The notes beneath the pieces were generated by a model, which was not told the origin of the DNA, made no database searches, and saw only the letters and a list, made by a program, of their open reading frames with translations. 64,000 bases of DNA from an uncultured Candidatus Saccharibacteria bacterium (GTDB lineage Bacteria > Patescibacteriota > UBA1384 > JACPKC01), in assembly GCA_964423885.1 (NCBI GenBank), contig CAYRGD010000002.1, forward strand, positions 82,128-146,127. Reading direction: 5' to 3'. Positions 9,890-18,388 of this stretch are shown one piece after another. The position numbers and the translations under genes were made by a program. Numbering within the stretch: position 1 is the stretch's first letter; the number at the start of each line of letters is the position of its first letter.

Positions 9890-12442
9890 CTAGAGTTGCT
9901 CCACGATATGGATCGGCAGGTTTTCCTGCGTCGCGTCGACGATGCGGTTCGTTTTCATCTTCGGTGTCGTTTCGAACATGCTCGGCAGGTCGCGCACGAC
10001 CGGGACATGTGTCGCGAGCGGCTGGTAGGGCACGAATGCCCCCTGCTTGAAGACGTACGACGACCCGTCCGTCGGATCGAGCGCGACCAGGTGGATCCAT
10101 TCATTGCCGAACCATTCGTACAGCGACGGGTCGGACCGGATGACGTTCGCGACCAACTCGGGACGATGTTCGACGATCATAAGTAGCCGTATCGGGTCGT
10201 GCACCTCGATCATTTGCAGGGGTAGTCCGGAACGAAGGTCGCCGTCGCTGCTATTGGCGACGCCCACCAGCCCCATGACGTTGTGGGGCAGCTTGGTGCC
10301 CGCACCCAGCTTATAATTGTCCATGCGTGAAAAATAATATTCCAGGTTGATGCCGCCACACACGGTGCCGAGCGGGCGCAGCACATCGAGCAGGACAGTC
10401 CCTTCCGGGTCGGTTCGGTAGTCGTAGGAGTTCAAGAACGCCCGCCGGTCAAGAAAGAGCCGTCTCGTGAGGCTTCGTCGTCCTACGACGCAGAGCGCAT
10501 TGGTACCGTGTCCGAGTTCGGGGCGCGGTTCGTAGTAGGAAACAGACCGCTTTTTGATCTCGTTGCGGATGGCCTTGACCGGCCGCTTCGTATTGATCGA
10601 CATGAACCGGCGCGACCGTTCTTTCGCATCCAGGTCGAGCGCGTGCTCGAACAGCCGCACGTTACTGCGATGCAGCCGACGATTGTGCTCCGAGAGCGTT
10701 TCTTCGTCATACAGCCTGATATCGTCCGATGCCGTGTCGTGCATACCGCCGACGAACTGCGTACCGTCGGGTATGGTCAGTCCGCGCTGCTTGAGCAGCG
10801 TCCGGACCGACAGGTCGTTCGCCATAGCGGCGAATACCCGGGCGTTTACCAGGCCGGGCCTCCCGCTGCAGGCGCCGCAATCGTGCGCGCCATGGTGCGG
10901 ATTGTTGGCGCTGCTCGATCCGTGCCCGATGACGTACACAAGCGGGGCGAAGTCTGCGACAAGGCCGATCGAGCGGAGCAGTTTCTCGACGCGGTCGGCC
11001 ATCTCTTCTGCCGTGAACCCGATCTGCAGGCCCCGTGCTTCGTCGCGGTTCCCGTCGTACGCGACAGTCAAGTCGGCCGTCGGATCCATATGGGAAAACG
11101 AGTTGGCGACCGCCGGCCCCATCGTAGGGTGAATAAGGTTCGCGACGAGTTTCCCGAGCGCCGGAATCCCCAAGACGTACGACAGGAGCAGGCCGCGGAC
11201 GAGCTTGTGCGAGTCCTTGGAGTACATGATCTCCGTCGCGTGCGCGTGCGGGCCGTGCTTCGGGATTTCCCTGATAAGGTGTTTCGGAGTAACCGGTGCC
11301 GGACAGAGCTTGTCGTAGGCTGTCGCGCCTGTCGGTTGGAAATAGAACGCCACGCCGAAAAAGCCGGGCGCACCGAATGTTTCGCACCGGGCATCCAGCA
11401 GCTCCACGTAGGTCCGCAGGGAATATTCCCGTTCGTCGATGCAGAATACGGCTTGGAAGCGCTTCGGGCCGGCCGTCTTCGCCGTCTGGCTGGCAGACCG
11501 CGTCATACCAGCAAGTACCGTGTCGTAGTAGCTCCACTCGAACGCGTCCTGCCAGATCGTAAGGACCGTCTGCAGTTCGGTCGGCGGGCTGTCCGCGAAC
11601 AGTTCGGTCGGCGGCCGGGTAATGCGCGTTCCCAACGGTTGCCAGGTTTCCCCTAGGCGGCTGGTCAGCTCGTCGATCTCGAGCAGTAATTCGAGGATGA
11701 TCGCGTCGTTGAGCGATATCGGCTTCGGATGCAGCAGTGATTCCGGCTTGGCTTCAAGGGTCGCCACGATGCCCGACCAGCCCGGATGCGCGAACTGCTG
11801 GTCGTACAGGTACTGGGCGTAATACGCCTGGTTGCCTTTCCCCACCAGCACTTCCAAGAGCTCGGTGATCGTGGGCGAATGCCGCAACAGTTCGCGTGCC
11901 TTCGCCGTTTTGAAAAAGCTCACCAGGCTTCGTTCCTCCAACGCGCGCACGGCGGCCAGGAGTCCCGTATCTTCGAAGGGGAACGGGGAGATAGCGATGC
12001 CTTGGTCGATGTAGCTGCAGATAATCCGGAACAAGAGCGGTTGCACCGCATTGTCGAGGTCGATCGGGTACAGTCGGTTCCACTCGTTCCGCAGTCTGCC
12101 GATCCGCGGTTCGACTGTCTGGTCGTACTCCTTGTACAGCGCCCGCGAGCGCCACTCCTCGGCGTCTTCGTCGAGGCCGTGTTCGCGTATCGTCCGCATG
12201 AGGACGTCCGGCGTGATCCGCTTGATCGCGTACAGGTCCCGGTATTCCGCGAGCGACAGGGTCGTTTGGTAACCGAACGTCGCCGACGCGGTGCGGATCG
12301 CGTCGTAAAACTTCATGTGCTGGAACGCATGCAGCGTGTTGTGGTGGACGAAATCCTTGAGCGGGCCCTGCGCCGGCAGATATTCCTTGAGCGTGTCCAG
12401 CACGCGCTGTTCGTCGAATTGGTGGTTGGATTGCTGAGGCAT
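9890..12442 (-). CDS. dabA: DUF2309-family protein (DabA-type subunit of a DAB inorganic-carbon pump). The start is uncertain and the ORF extends to 12730.
   Basis: Contains ...LPAQGPLKDFVHHNTLHAFQH... near the N-terminus, AVFCIDEREYSLRTY (a CIDxR-type motif) and HGAHDCGACSG (Cys/His cluster). Its size (~850-946 aa) and pairing with a PF00361 membrane subunit match the described DabA/DabB arrangement. The start is chosen at MPQQSNHQ (ATG complement of 12440-12442). The ORF-track start at 12730 adds an Arg/Cys-rich extension and leaves no room for the znuA promoter. Confidence 0.7.
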   Translation of the reverse strand: MPQQSNHQFDEQRVLDTLKEYLPAQGPLKDFVHHNTLHAFQHMKFYDAIRTASATFGYQTTLSLAEYRDLYAIKRITPDVLMRTIREHGLDEDAEEWRSRALYKEYDQTVEPRIGRLRNEWNRLYPIDLDNAVQPLLFRIICSYIDQGIAISPFPFEDTGLLAAVRALEERSLVSFFKTAKARELLRHSPTITELLEVLVGKGNQAYYAQYLYDQQFAHPGWSGIVATLEAKPESLLHPKPISLNDAIILELLLEIDELTSRLGETWQPLGTRITRPPTELFADSPPTELQTVLTIWQDAFEWSYYDTVLAGMTRSASQTAKTAGPKRFQAVFCIDEREYSLRTYVELLDARCETFGAPGFFGVAFYFQPTGATAYDKLCPAPVTPKHLIREIPKHGPHAHATEIMYSKDSHKLVRGLLLSYVLGIPALGKLVANLIHPTMGPAVANSFSHMDPTADLTVAYDGNRDEARGLQIGFTAEEMADRVEKLLRSIGLVADFAPLVYVIGHGSSSANNPHHGAHDCGACSGRPGLVNARVFAAMANDLSVRTLLKQRGLTIPDGTQFVGGMHDTASDDIRLYDEETLSEHNRRLHRSNVRLFEHALDLDAKERSRRFMSINTKRPVKAIRNEIKKRSVSYYEPRPELGHGTNALCVVGRRSLTRRLFLDRRAFLNSYDYRTDPEGTVLLDVLRPLGTVCGGINLEYYFSRMDNYKLGAGTKLPHNVMGLVGVANSSDGDLRSGLPLQMIEVHDPIRLLMIVEHRPELVANVIRSDPSLYEWFGNEWIHLVALDPTDGSSYVFKQGAFVPYQPLATHVPVVRDLPSMFETTPKMKTNRIVDATQENLPIHIVEQL

Positions 12443-12625
12443 TGCGCAGCGTGCACCCGTGTTATGACGGAACCAGTCAGGCGGACGACAAAGAATGCTC
12501 TCTGCCGTTCTGCGGTGCGCGCACGGTACCGCAACGATCGGTCCGGTCTCTTGTATATGGGGCATCGTACCGCAATCCCGGTGGTTTGCAATGATGCGAT
12601 CGGGCGGCGTGTGTTCTCTTTCGCG

Positions 12626-12636
12626 GCAACTGTTGC
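12626..12636. promoter_or_regulatory. Perfect 11-bp palindrome GCAACTGTTGC, 14 nt upstream of the znuA ATG
   Basis: Read directly at 12626-12636 in the dabA/znuA divergent region. Candidate operator, unverified. Confidence 0.25.
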
Positions 12637-12649
12637 GATACTGGATTCC

Positions 12650-13573
12650 ATGACACGTACGCAGAAACTCGCTCTCAGCGCCCTTGTAGTGCTGGGCGCC
12701 GTGTTCGGGTTGCTTGGCCTGCTGCGCCATCGGGCTGACCGGCCGGCCGGCATCCGGGTGGTGGCCAGTTTTTACCCGCTCGGGTACTTTGCCGAGCGGA
12801 TCGTGGGTGACCTAGGCACCGTACGGGTCGTGACGCCGGCCGGCGCCGAGCCGCACGACTACGAGCCGACTCCCGGCGATGTCGCCGCGATGCACGACGC
12901 GCAGCTGGTAATCCTGAATGGCGGCGGCCTTGAATCCTGGGGCTCGGCCGTGACGACCCAGCTAGCAGGCAGTGCGACTCGGGTGCTGGTAGCCGGTACC
13001 GACCTTGCGACGAAGCAGCTCGACGAGGATGGCATCGTCGGCGCCGACCCGCATGTCTGGCTCGACCCGGCACTCGCGAAGCGGCAGGCAGCAGCGATCA
13101 CGGTCGCCCTTGCGGCCGCGGATCCGGTTCACGACCGCGAGTACCGCTTGAGCGGTGACCGGTTGGCGGCAGAGCTCGACGCGCTCGACACCGAGTACCG
13201 GCAGGGGCTGTCCGAATGCGCGTCACGCACGATCGTGACCGGCCACGAGGCGTTCGCGTACCTTGCCGCCCGGTACGGCTTGACGCAAGTCGGCATTGCC
13301 GGCCTGTCGCCCGACGAAGAGCCGTCGCCGCAGCAGCTTGCCACCGTCGCCGACTTCGTCCGTTCGCACGGTGTGACTACGGTATTTTTCGAGTCGCTCG
13401 CGAGTCCGAAATTTGCCGAGACGCTGGCCGCCGAAACCGGCGCCACGACCGACGAGCTGAACCCTATCGAAGGATTGACGGCCGACGAAGTAGCAGCCGG
13501 AGACACGTATGCCACCGTCATGCGCGCGAACCTCGGCCGGTTGCAGAAAGCCCTGGGATGCCAAAACCGCTGA
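12650..13573 (+). CDS. znuA: Zinc/manganese ABC transporter substrate-binding protein (ZnuA/TroA family)
   Basis: Internal ATG at 12650 gives MTRTQKLALSALVVLGAVFGLLGLLRH (signal peptide). Later motifs include ...ASFYPLGYFAERI..., HDYEPTP and DPHVWLDP, all typical of cluster-9 metal SBPs. The ORF-track start at 11786 is antisense to dabA. Confidence 0.8.
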   Translation: MTRTQKLALSALVVLGAVFGLLGLLRHRADRPAGIRVVASFYPLGYFAERIVGDLGTVRVVTPAGAEPHDYEPTPGDVAAMHDAQLVILNGGGLESWGSAVTTQLAGSATRVLVAGTDLATKQLDEDGIVGADPHVWLDPALAKRQAAAITVALAAADPVHDREYRLSGDRLAAELDALDTEYRQGLSECASRTIVTGHEAFAYLAARYGLTQVGIAGLSPDEEPSPQQLATVADFVRSHGVTTVFFESLASPKFAETLAAETGATTDELNPIEGLTADEVAAGDTYATVMRANLGRLQKALGCQNR

Positions 13574-14244
13574 AACCGATCATCGAACTCGACAAGCTGT
13601 CGTTCGCCTACGGTGAGACCAAAGTCCTCGAGGGTGCCTCGCTCACGATCCGCGAGGGCGAGTATTTGGGAATTGTCGGGCCCAACGGCGGCGGTAAGAG
13701 CACGATCGTGAAGCTTATGCTCGGATTGCTTGCGCCGCAGGCCGGTACGGTCCGGCTGTTCGGCCAGCAATTGAGCGAGTTTCGGGATTGGCACCGGATC
13801 GGGTACGTCCCGCAGAAGCCGAGCGAATCGGTCGCCACCTTCCCGGCGACCGTGCAAGAAGTAGTACTCATGGGACGGATCGCGACCAGAGGGCTGTTCG
13901 CGCGCTTTACTGCCCAAGACCGTGAGCATGCTGAGCGTGCCATGACCACGGTGGGTATCGAAGGGTTGGCTGGCCGGCAGATCGGCCAGCTGTCCGGCGG
14001 CCAGCAGCAGCGGGTGTTCATTGCCCGGGCATTGGCCGGTGATCCCGACCTTATCGTGCTCGACGAGCCGACGGTCGGCGTCGAAACCGCTGTCCGCGAT
14101 TCGTTCTACGCGCTCTTGCGGAGCCTGCACCGTGACCACCACCATACGCTCGTGCTGGTGTCCCATGACCTTGATTGCGTCGAGCGCGAGGTAAGCCGGA
14201 TGGTCGAGGTCGACGGCGCGGTCGGGGTGCACCGCCATGGCTGA
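13558..14244 (+). CDS. znuC: Zinc ABC transporter ATP-binding protein
   Basis: [49 protein letters not shown] (Walker A) ... [15 protein letters not shown] (signature) ... LVLDEPT. The ATG at 13558 overlaps the znuA stop. Confidence 0.85.
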   Translation: MPKPLKPIIELDKLSFAYGETKVLEGASLTIREGEYLGIVGPNGGGKSTIVKLMLGLLAPQAGTVRLFGQQLSEFRDWHRIGYVPQKPSESVATFPATVQEVVLMGRIATRGLFARFTAQDREHAERAMTTVGIEGLAGRQIGQLSGGQQQRVFIARALAGDPDLIVLDEPTVGVETAVRDSFYALLRSLHRDHHHTLVLVSHDLDCVEREVSRMVEVDGAVGVHRHG

Positions 14245-15046
14245 CCTGCTGTCGTTTTTCCAGTACGACTTTGTCGTCCGGGGGTTTGTCGCCGGCCTTA
14301 TCATCGCCCTTGTGACGCCGCTTATCGGCATGTTTTTGGTGCTGCGCCGTTACTCGCTCATTGCTGACACGCTATCGCACGTCGCGTTCGCCGGTATCGC
14401 CGTGGGTGTGCTCTTTGGGCTCAATCCCATCGCCACTACGGTGACGACGACGCTCGCGTCGTCGGTCGTGATCGACCGCCTGCGCTCGACCCGACGGCTG
14501 TCCGGCGACGCCGCCCTTTCGCTGTTCCTGTCGGGCAGCCTGGCCGTCGCGATCGTGCTATTGAGCGCGCGCCGGGGTACCGGGGTCAATATCGCAAGCT
14601 ATCTGTTCGGCAGTATCGTGACCGTGACGCAGTCGGACATCGCGCTTATCGCGGTACTCGGCCTCATGGTTGCCGGCCTAGTACTACTCCTGCTCAAGGA
14701 GCTGGTGGCGATTTCGTTCGACGAAGACGTCGCCAAGGTCGGCGGCATTCCCGTCGACCGCTTGAACGTGATCTTTGTCGCGCTCACCGCGCTCACGATC
14801 GCGCTCGCGTTGCCGATACTCGGAGTGCTGCTTATCTCGGCGCTTATCGTGATCCCGGTATTGGCGGCGCTGCAGTTCCGGAAAGGGTTCGGCGTGACGC
14901 TGCTCATTGCCGAAGGGGTATCAGTGTTGTCGGTCGTAATCGGGATGCTTGCCTCGTTCGTGTTCGATTTGTCGAGCGGCGGCAGTATCGTACTTGCCGC
15001 GCTCGCGCTGTTTTTCGTGAGTCTTTGGGTGAACCGGCAGCAATAA
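14237..15046 (+). CDS. znuB: Zinc ABC transporter permease (ABC-3 family)
   Basis: 269 aa polytopic protein, [55 protein letters not shown]..., typical of ZnuB/MntB. It overlaps the znuC stop. Confidence 0.85.
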   Translation: MADLLSFFQYDFVVRGFVAGLIIALVTPLIGMFLVLRRYSLIADTLSHVAFAGIAVGVLFGLNPIATTVTTTLASSVVIDRLRSTRRLSGDAALSLFLSGSLAVAIVLLSARRGTGVNIASYLFGSIVTVTQSDIALIAVLGLMVAGLVLLLLKELVAISFDEDVAKVGGIPVDRLNVIFVALTALTIALALPILGVLLISALIVIPVLAALQFRKGFGVTLLIAEGVSVLSVVIGMLASFVFDLSSGGSIVLAALALFFVSLWVNRQQ

Positions 15047-15053
15047 GAAAAGA

Positions 15054-15071
15054 ACCCGCCGTAGGGCGGGT
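15054..15071. terminator. Rho-independent terminator hairpin ACCCGCC-gtag-GGCGGGT
   Basis: Hairpin read directly. On the minus strand it is followed by TTCTTTTCTT, so it terminates the 16878->15093 operon. It probably also serves znuB. Confidence 0.6.
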
Positions 15072-15092
15072 CGGTTTACCGGGCAGTTGTTA

Positions 15093-15272
15093 TTAGCCTC
15101 GGTCCCAGATTTCTTTGAGACGCAGACGGTATAAGCGCTCTTTTTCAGGGGTGGTCAGTTTCGTATCTCCGTCGAGTGTTTTCCTAAAACGTTTTGCCGC
15201 AGCCACCTGAGGTCCGTCGCGGCGTAGTTCCTCCTCGATAATGTCTTGCTGGATCATGTCGAACGGGTTCAC
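15093..15272 (-). CDS. Small hypothetical protein (~59 aa), last gene of the Fur-family-regulator operon
   Basis: GTG (complement of 15270-15272) lies 7 nt after GGAGG, giving VNPFDMIQQDIIEEELRRDGPQVAAAKRFRKTLDGDTKLTTPEKERLYRLRLKEIWDRG. The ORF-track form 15093..15335 starts with TTG. No recognisable family. Confidence 0.35.
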   Translation of the reverse strand: MNPFDMIQQDIIEEELRRDGPQVAAAKRFRKTLDGDTKLTTPEKERLYRLRLKEIWDRG

Positions 15273-15342
15273 GCGTCTTCCTCCTTTAGTTTTCAATGAA
15301 CGCGGGAGTATACGGCGAAACGGCCGGTTTGTCAATCCGGCG

Positions 15343-16071
15343 TTATTGCGTGAGCGGCCAAGGGTAGCCGTCGAAGGCGTCGTGTTTCAATTGGCTCCGC
15401 GGGATGCCGAGTTCCTGCTGCAACTGCTTGCTGACGCCCACTACCATCGGCTTCGGGCCGGACAGGTAGTAGGTTGGCGCCATAACGTCGGGGACATGCG
15501 TGCGGACCATGGTTGCGTCGATCCGTTCCGGATCTGTGAGGTACCGGACCGTAAACTGCGGGAAGCGTTTGGCCAAGCGGTCGAGCTCGCTCTTGAAGAG
15601 TATGTCGGCGGAGCGGTTGCTGTAAAACAACGTGATGCGCGGCATCGTGCCGCGAGCAGTCAAGTCGGCGAGGATCGCGCGGAAGGCCGTGATCCCGATG
15701 CCACCGGCAAGGAAGACGTATTCCTTGGAGGTATCGGTGAGCGTAAAGAATCCGTACGGGCCGCCGGCCAGCACGCGGGCGCCGGGCTGGATCTTCAAGA
15801 GTTGGCGCTTGAAGACGCTGGGTCTATCAATGATCCGGGTGGTGATCCGCACATACCCTTCGTCGGGCGAGGTCGAGATCGTAAACGGCCGCACGAACGG
15901 CAGCAGAAAATCGAACGCGGCGCCGGGCATGAAGTAGACCATGTACTGTCCGGCGTGCCACCGCAGGCCCGGCTGAGGCTTGAACTGAAAGCTCACGACG
16001 CCTGGCAATTCTTGCACCTGTTTATCGAACGTCAGAATGGTGCCGACAAGTTGGCTGGCAGCAAGATTCAT
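15343..16071 (-). CDS. FNR-family flavin/NAD(P)-binding oxidoreductase (ferredoxin-NADP reductase-like; possible ferric/siderophore reductase)
   Basis: Start placed at MNLAASQ (ATG complement of 16069-16071, RBS GGAAGGAG); the ORF-track N-terminal extension overlaps the upstream gene. RPFTISTSP matches the RxYS FAD-binding motif. GGPYGFF and YVFLAGGIGITAF match the NAD-binding GGxGxxP motif. Confidence 0.7.
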   Translation of the reverse strand: MNLAASQLVGTILTFDKQVQELPGVVSFQFKPQPGLRWHAGQYMVYFMPGAAFDFLLPFVRPFTISTSPDEGYVRITTRIIDRPSVFKRQLLKIQPGARVLAGGPYGFFTLTDTSKEYVFLAGGIGITAFRAILADLTARGTMPRITLFYSNRSADILFKSELDRLAKRFPQFTVRYLTDPERIDATMVRTHVPDVMAPTYYLSGPKPMVVGVSKQLQQELGIPRSQLKHDAFDGYPWPLTQ

Positions 16072-16454
16072 GCGTGCTCCTTCCGCCGTGTGTCGTGAAT
16101 GAACCAGGCGAACGCCGCCGCGAATCCTAGGTGGAGCGCCAAGACCGGTGGCAACCCCGGTGCACCCATGCCGGAAGCAGTCTCGATCAGGTCGATGACC
16201 GTAGCGAGCGCCAAGCTCATGAAATTGGCAGTCAGCGCGACGAGCGCGATGGCTGGCTTGTCCGCGAACCGGGCGCCGTACCAATTGAGGACGCTGAATC
16301 CGATGAGCGCAGTGCCAAGATAGTGGGTGAACCCGATGTCTTGGGCGGCCTGCCGGTCGAGGAACCAGAGCATGGTCTGCGGAAATAAGATGCAGGCTGT
16401 TCCGAGTACGAGTGTCACCAATCCGGCGAATCGGAAAAACCGCTTAAGCATCAT
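16068..16454 (-). CDS. Small 4-TM membrane protein with conserved His residues, translationally coupled (ATGA) to the FNR-like reductase
   Basis: MMLKRFFRFAGLVTLVLGTACILFPQTMLWFLDRQ...FTHYLGTALIGFSVLNWYG...ALHLGFAAAFAWFIHDTRRKEHA. Its stop overlaps the downstream ATG as ATGA at 16068-16071. Confidence 0.55.
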   Translation of the reverse strand: MMLKRFFRFAGLVTLVLGTACILFPQTMLWFLDRQAAQDIGFTHYLGTALIGFSVLNWYGARFADKPAIALVALTANFMSLALATVIDLIETASGMGAPGLPPVLALHLGFAAAFAWFIHDTRRKEHA

Positions 16455-16479
16455 ACATCCAGTGTATCACGTGGGGGGG

Positions 16480-16878
16480 TCAGCGGGCCTGCGGGAGGCA
16501 GTCCGCACAGAGCCCTTCGAGTTCGATGCGGTGGTTACGGAGCACGTAACCGGTTTCCTGGGTAATCTGTTCGGCATGGAGCGTGAACGCGTGCTCGGTC
16601 ACGTCGTGCACGCGTCCGCATGCCGAACAGGTGATGTGATGGTGATGCTCGCGCCCCTCGGTCCACTCGTACTTGCTGCCGCGTTCGCGCCAGTCGGTGC
16701 GTTCGACGCTGCCGTGCGCCTCGAGGTCGCGGACGATCCGGTAGACGGTGGAGAAAGCAGCTGACGGCAGTTGCCGCGCGACGAGCCCATGCAGTTCCCG
16801 CAGGTCGATGGGGAACGGGGCGCTATGCAGGATGGCGGCGACGAGCGTCCGCGTTTTGGTCGTGTTCGTGCGTTTCAT
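16480..16878 (-). CDS. Fur-family metalloregulator (Zur/Fur/Nur-like)
   Basis: The TRTLVAAILHSAPFPIDLRELHGLVARQLPSAAFSTVYRIVRDLEAHGSVER segment is a winged-helix DNA-binding domain. HHHHITCSACGRVHDV and CADC are Fur-family metal-site motifs. It leads a four-gene operon. Confidence 0.8.
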   Translation of the reverse strand: MKRTNTTKTRTLVAAILHSAPFPIDLRELHGLVARQLPSAAFSTVYRIVRDLEAHGSVERTDWRERGSKYEWTEGREHHHHITCSACGRVHDVTEHAFTLHAEQITQETGYVLRNHRIELEGLCADCLPQAR

Positions 16879-16897
16879 GGGGCGAGTGTTGCAGAAC

Positions 16898-16931
16898 GTG
16901 CATAAAATTGCAAGTAGTTTGCATATTTTCG
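16898..16931. promoter_or_regulatory. AT-rich candidate operator with three TGCA-containing repeats at ~10-bp spacing (gTGCATAaaatTGCAAGtagtTTGCATAtttt), in the divergent promoter region between the Fur-family gene and the CooC-like ATPase
   Basis: An AT-rich island in a ~65% GC genome, exactly in the 87-bp divergent intergenic region. The TGCATA direct repeat is spaced ~21 bp, with a central TTGCAAG. Confidence 0.4.
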
Positions 16932-16965
16932 AACCCTGCGCGATACTCGGCGACGAAAGGATTCC

Positions 16966-17910
16966 ATGCGTATCGCGTTCGTAGGAAAGGGCGGATCAGG
17001 CAAGACGACGTTGTCGTCATTGTTTGCGCGGCATCTGGCGGCCGAAGGGTTGCCCGTGCTGGCGGTGGACGCCGATATCAACCAGCATCTGGCGGCGTCG
17101 CTCGGGATGGATCCCATCGAAGCCGGCCGTATCCCGGCGATGGGCCTTGAAATCGGCCGCTTGAAAACCTGGCTACGCGGCACGAATGCCAGAATTACGT
17201 CCAATGAACTCATGCTCAAGACCACGCCGCCGGGTACCGGGTCGCGGTTCGTGCGGTTCGGCGAGCCGAACCCGATCAACGGCTACTTCGAGCGTTCGGC
17301 CGGTACCGTCCCGATGATGGCGGTCGGCCCGTTCAGCGACGAAGACCTGGGTGTGCGCTGCTACCATGCCAAGACCGGGGCGCTCGAGCTCTACCTCAAC
17401 CACTTGCTGGACAGCACGGGCGAGTACGTAGTGGTCGACATGACGGCCGGCGCCGATTCGTTCGCGTCGGGTATGTTCACGAAGTTCGACCTGACCGTGC
17501 TCGTGGTCGAGCCGACGGTGAAGTCCGTGGGCGTCTACGAGCAGTACCGCCGCTATGCGGCCGAGTACGGTATCAGGCTTGCGGTCGTGGGTAACAAGGT
17601 GGAAGACGAGGCCGACCGCGCCTACCTCTTGGACGCGGTCGGTGCGCCGCTCATTGGATTTTTCGAACGGTCGCAGTACGTCCGGTCGCTCGAGCGCGGC
17701 GACAGTCGGCCGTTCGATGAACTTGAGTCCGAGAACCGGGCGGTGCTGGCCGCGGTGCGTACGGCGCTCGACGCTGTCCTCAAGGATTGGCCGACCTTCT
17801 ACCGGCATATGGTCGAGTTCCACATCAAGAATGCCGACGGGTGGGCGAGCGCCCAGTTGGGTGCCGACCTGGCGGCACAGGTCGATCCCGACTTCGCATG
17901 GCCTGTCTAG
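16966..17910 (+). CDS. CooC/MinD/ParA-family P-loop ATPase (deviant Walker A KGGxGKT), a CooC-like putative metallochaperone
   Basis: MRIAFVGKGGSGKTTLSSLFARHLAAEGLPVLAVDADINQHL... 314 aa. It is not in a partition-like context (no parB, no centromere repeats). It is divergent from a Fur-family regulator. Confidence 0.7.
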   Translation: MRIAFVGKGGSGKTTLSSLFARHLAAEGLPVLAVDADINQHLAASLGMDPIEAGRIPAMGLEIGRLKTWLRGTNARITSNELMLKTTPPGTGSRFVRFGEPNPINGYFERSAGTVPMMAVGPFSDEDLGVRCYHAKTGALELYLNHLLDSTGEYVVVDMTAGADSFASGMFTKFDLTVLVVEPTVKSVGVYEQYRRYAAEYGIRLAVVGNKVEDEADRAYLLDAVGAPLIGFFERSQYVRSLERGDSRPFDELESENRAVLAAVRTALDAVLKDWPTFYRHMVEFHIKNADGWASAQLGADLAAQVDPDFAWPV

Positions 17911-17920
17911 CGGGAAAGCG

Positions 17921-17971
17921 GTGGCAAGCTCCTAGCCTGTCCCCAGAAGGGATCGGCTGCGAGCTTGCCAC
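17921..17971 (+). other. Perfect 11-bp inverted repeat GTGGCAAGCTC...GAGCTTGCCAC (29-nt loop), between the CooC-like ATPase gene and the downstream small ORF
   Basis: Read directly at 17921-17931 and 17961-17971. GC-rich stem without a U-tract. Could be a terminator, attenuator or protein-binding site. Confidence 0.4.
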
Positions 17972-18015
17972 GGCATCGTCGTGGCAGGATTAACATCTCG
18001 AGGAGGAATACTAAA

Positions 18016-18384
18016 ATGTCATACCCATCCGTGGTTGAGACGATTCCCAACTTGGATACCGCAAGTGAGCAGGACTGCGAAGCAGGTCTGTGGGAAGCGT
18101 TCGGGCGGGATCTACCGCTCGGCATCGAATATTTGCAGCGGGCAGCAGCCGTCATTCATGCCGGCGAAGCGCGGACGCTAACGCGCGAGGATCCGAATTC
18201 CCCGCTCGGCAAGCAGCTTGTCCGTTTGCTGGGAACCGATATCGCCCGCCCGATCGTCGAACGCCGGCTCGGCGTGGCGTTCGGCCTGTACAACTGCTGC
18301 GGCGTTGTCGCGGCCAAGGACAACGATACGAAAAAAATGACGGCCAAAGAACAGGCAAGCCTGCAGCTGACGCCGGACTGCTAG
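18016..18384 (+). CDS. Hypothetical protein (122 aa) with a CC motif, downstream of the CooC-like ATPase
   Basis: ATG at 18016 preceded by AGGAGG (18001-18006). MSYPSVVETIPNLDTASEQDCEAGLWEAF...GLYNCCGVVAAKDNDTKKMTAKEQASLQLTPDC. Four Cys residues; no recognised family. Confidence 0.45.
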   Translation: MSYPSVVETIPNLDTASEQDCEAGLWEAFGRDLPLGIEYLQRAAAVIHAGEARTLTREDPNSPLGKQLVRLLGTDIARPIVERRLGVAFGLYNCCGVVAAKDNDTKKMTAKEQASLQLTPDC

Positions 18385-18388
18385 CACA

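Noticed and set aside
10508-11656. 382-aa ORF antisense to dabA, and overlapping ORFs 10554..11132 and 10707..11537
   Set aside because: Arg-rich, no motifs. They lie opposite the DUF2309 coding frame, which carries the conserved motifs.
17173-17823. 216-aa ORF antisense to the CooC-like ATPase gene
   Set aside because: No motifs. Opposite a P-loop gene with conserved Walker A.
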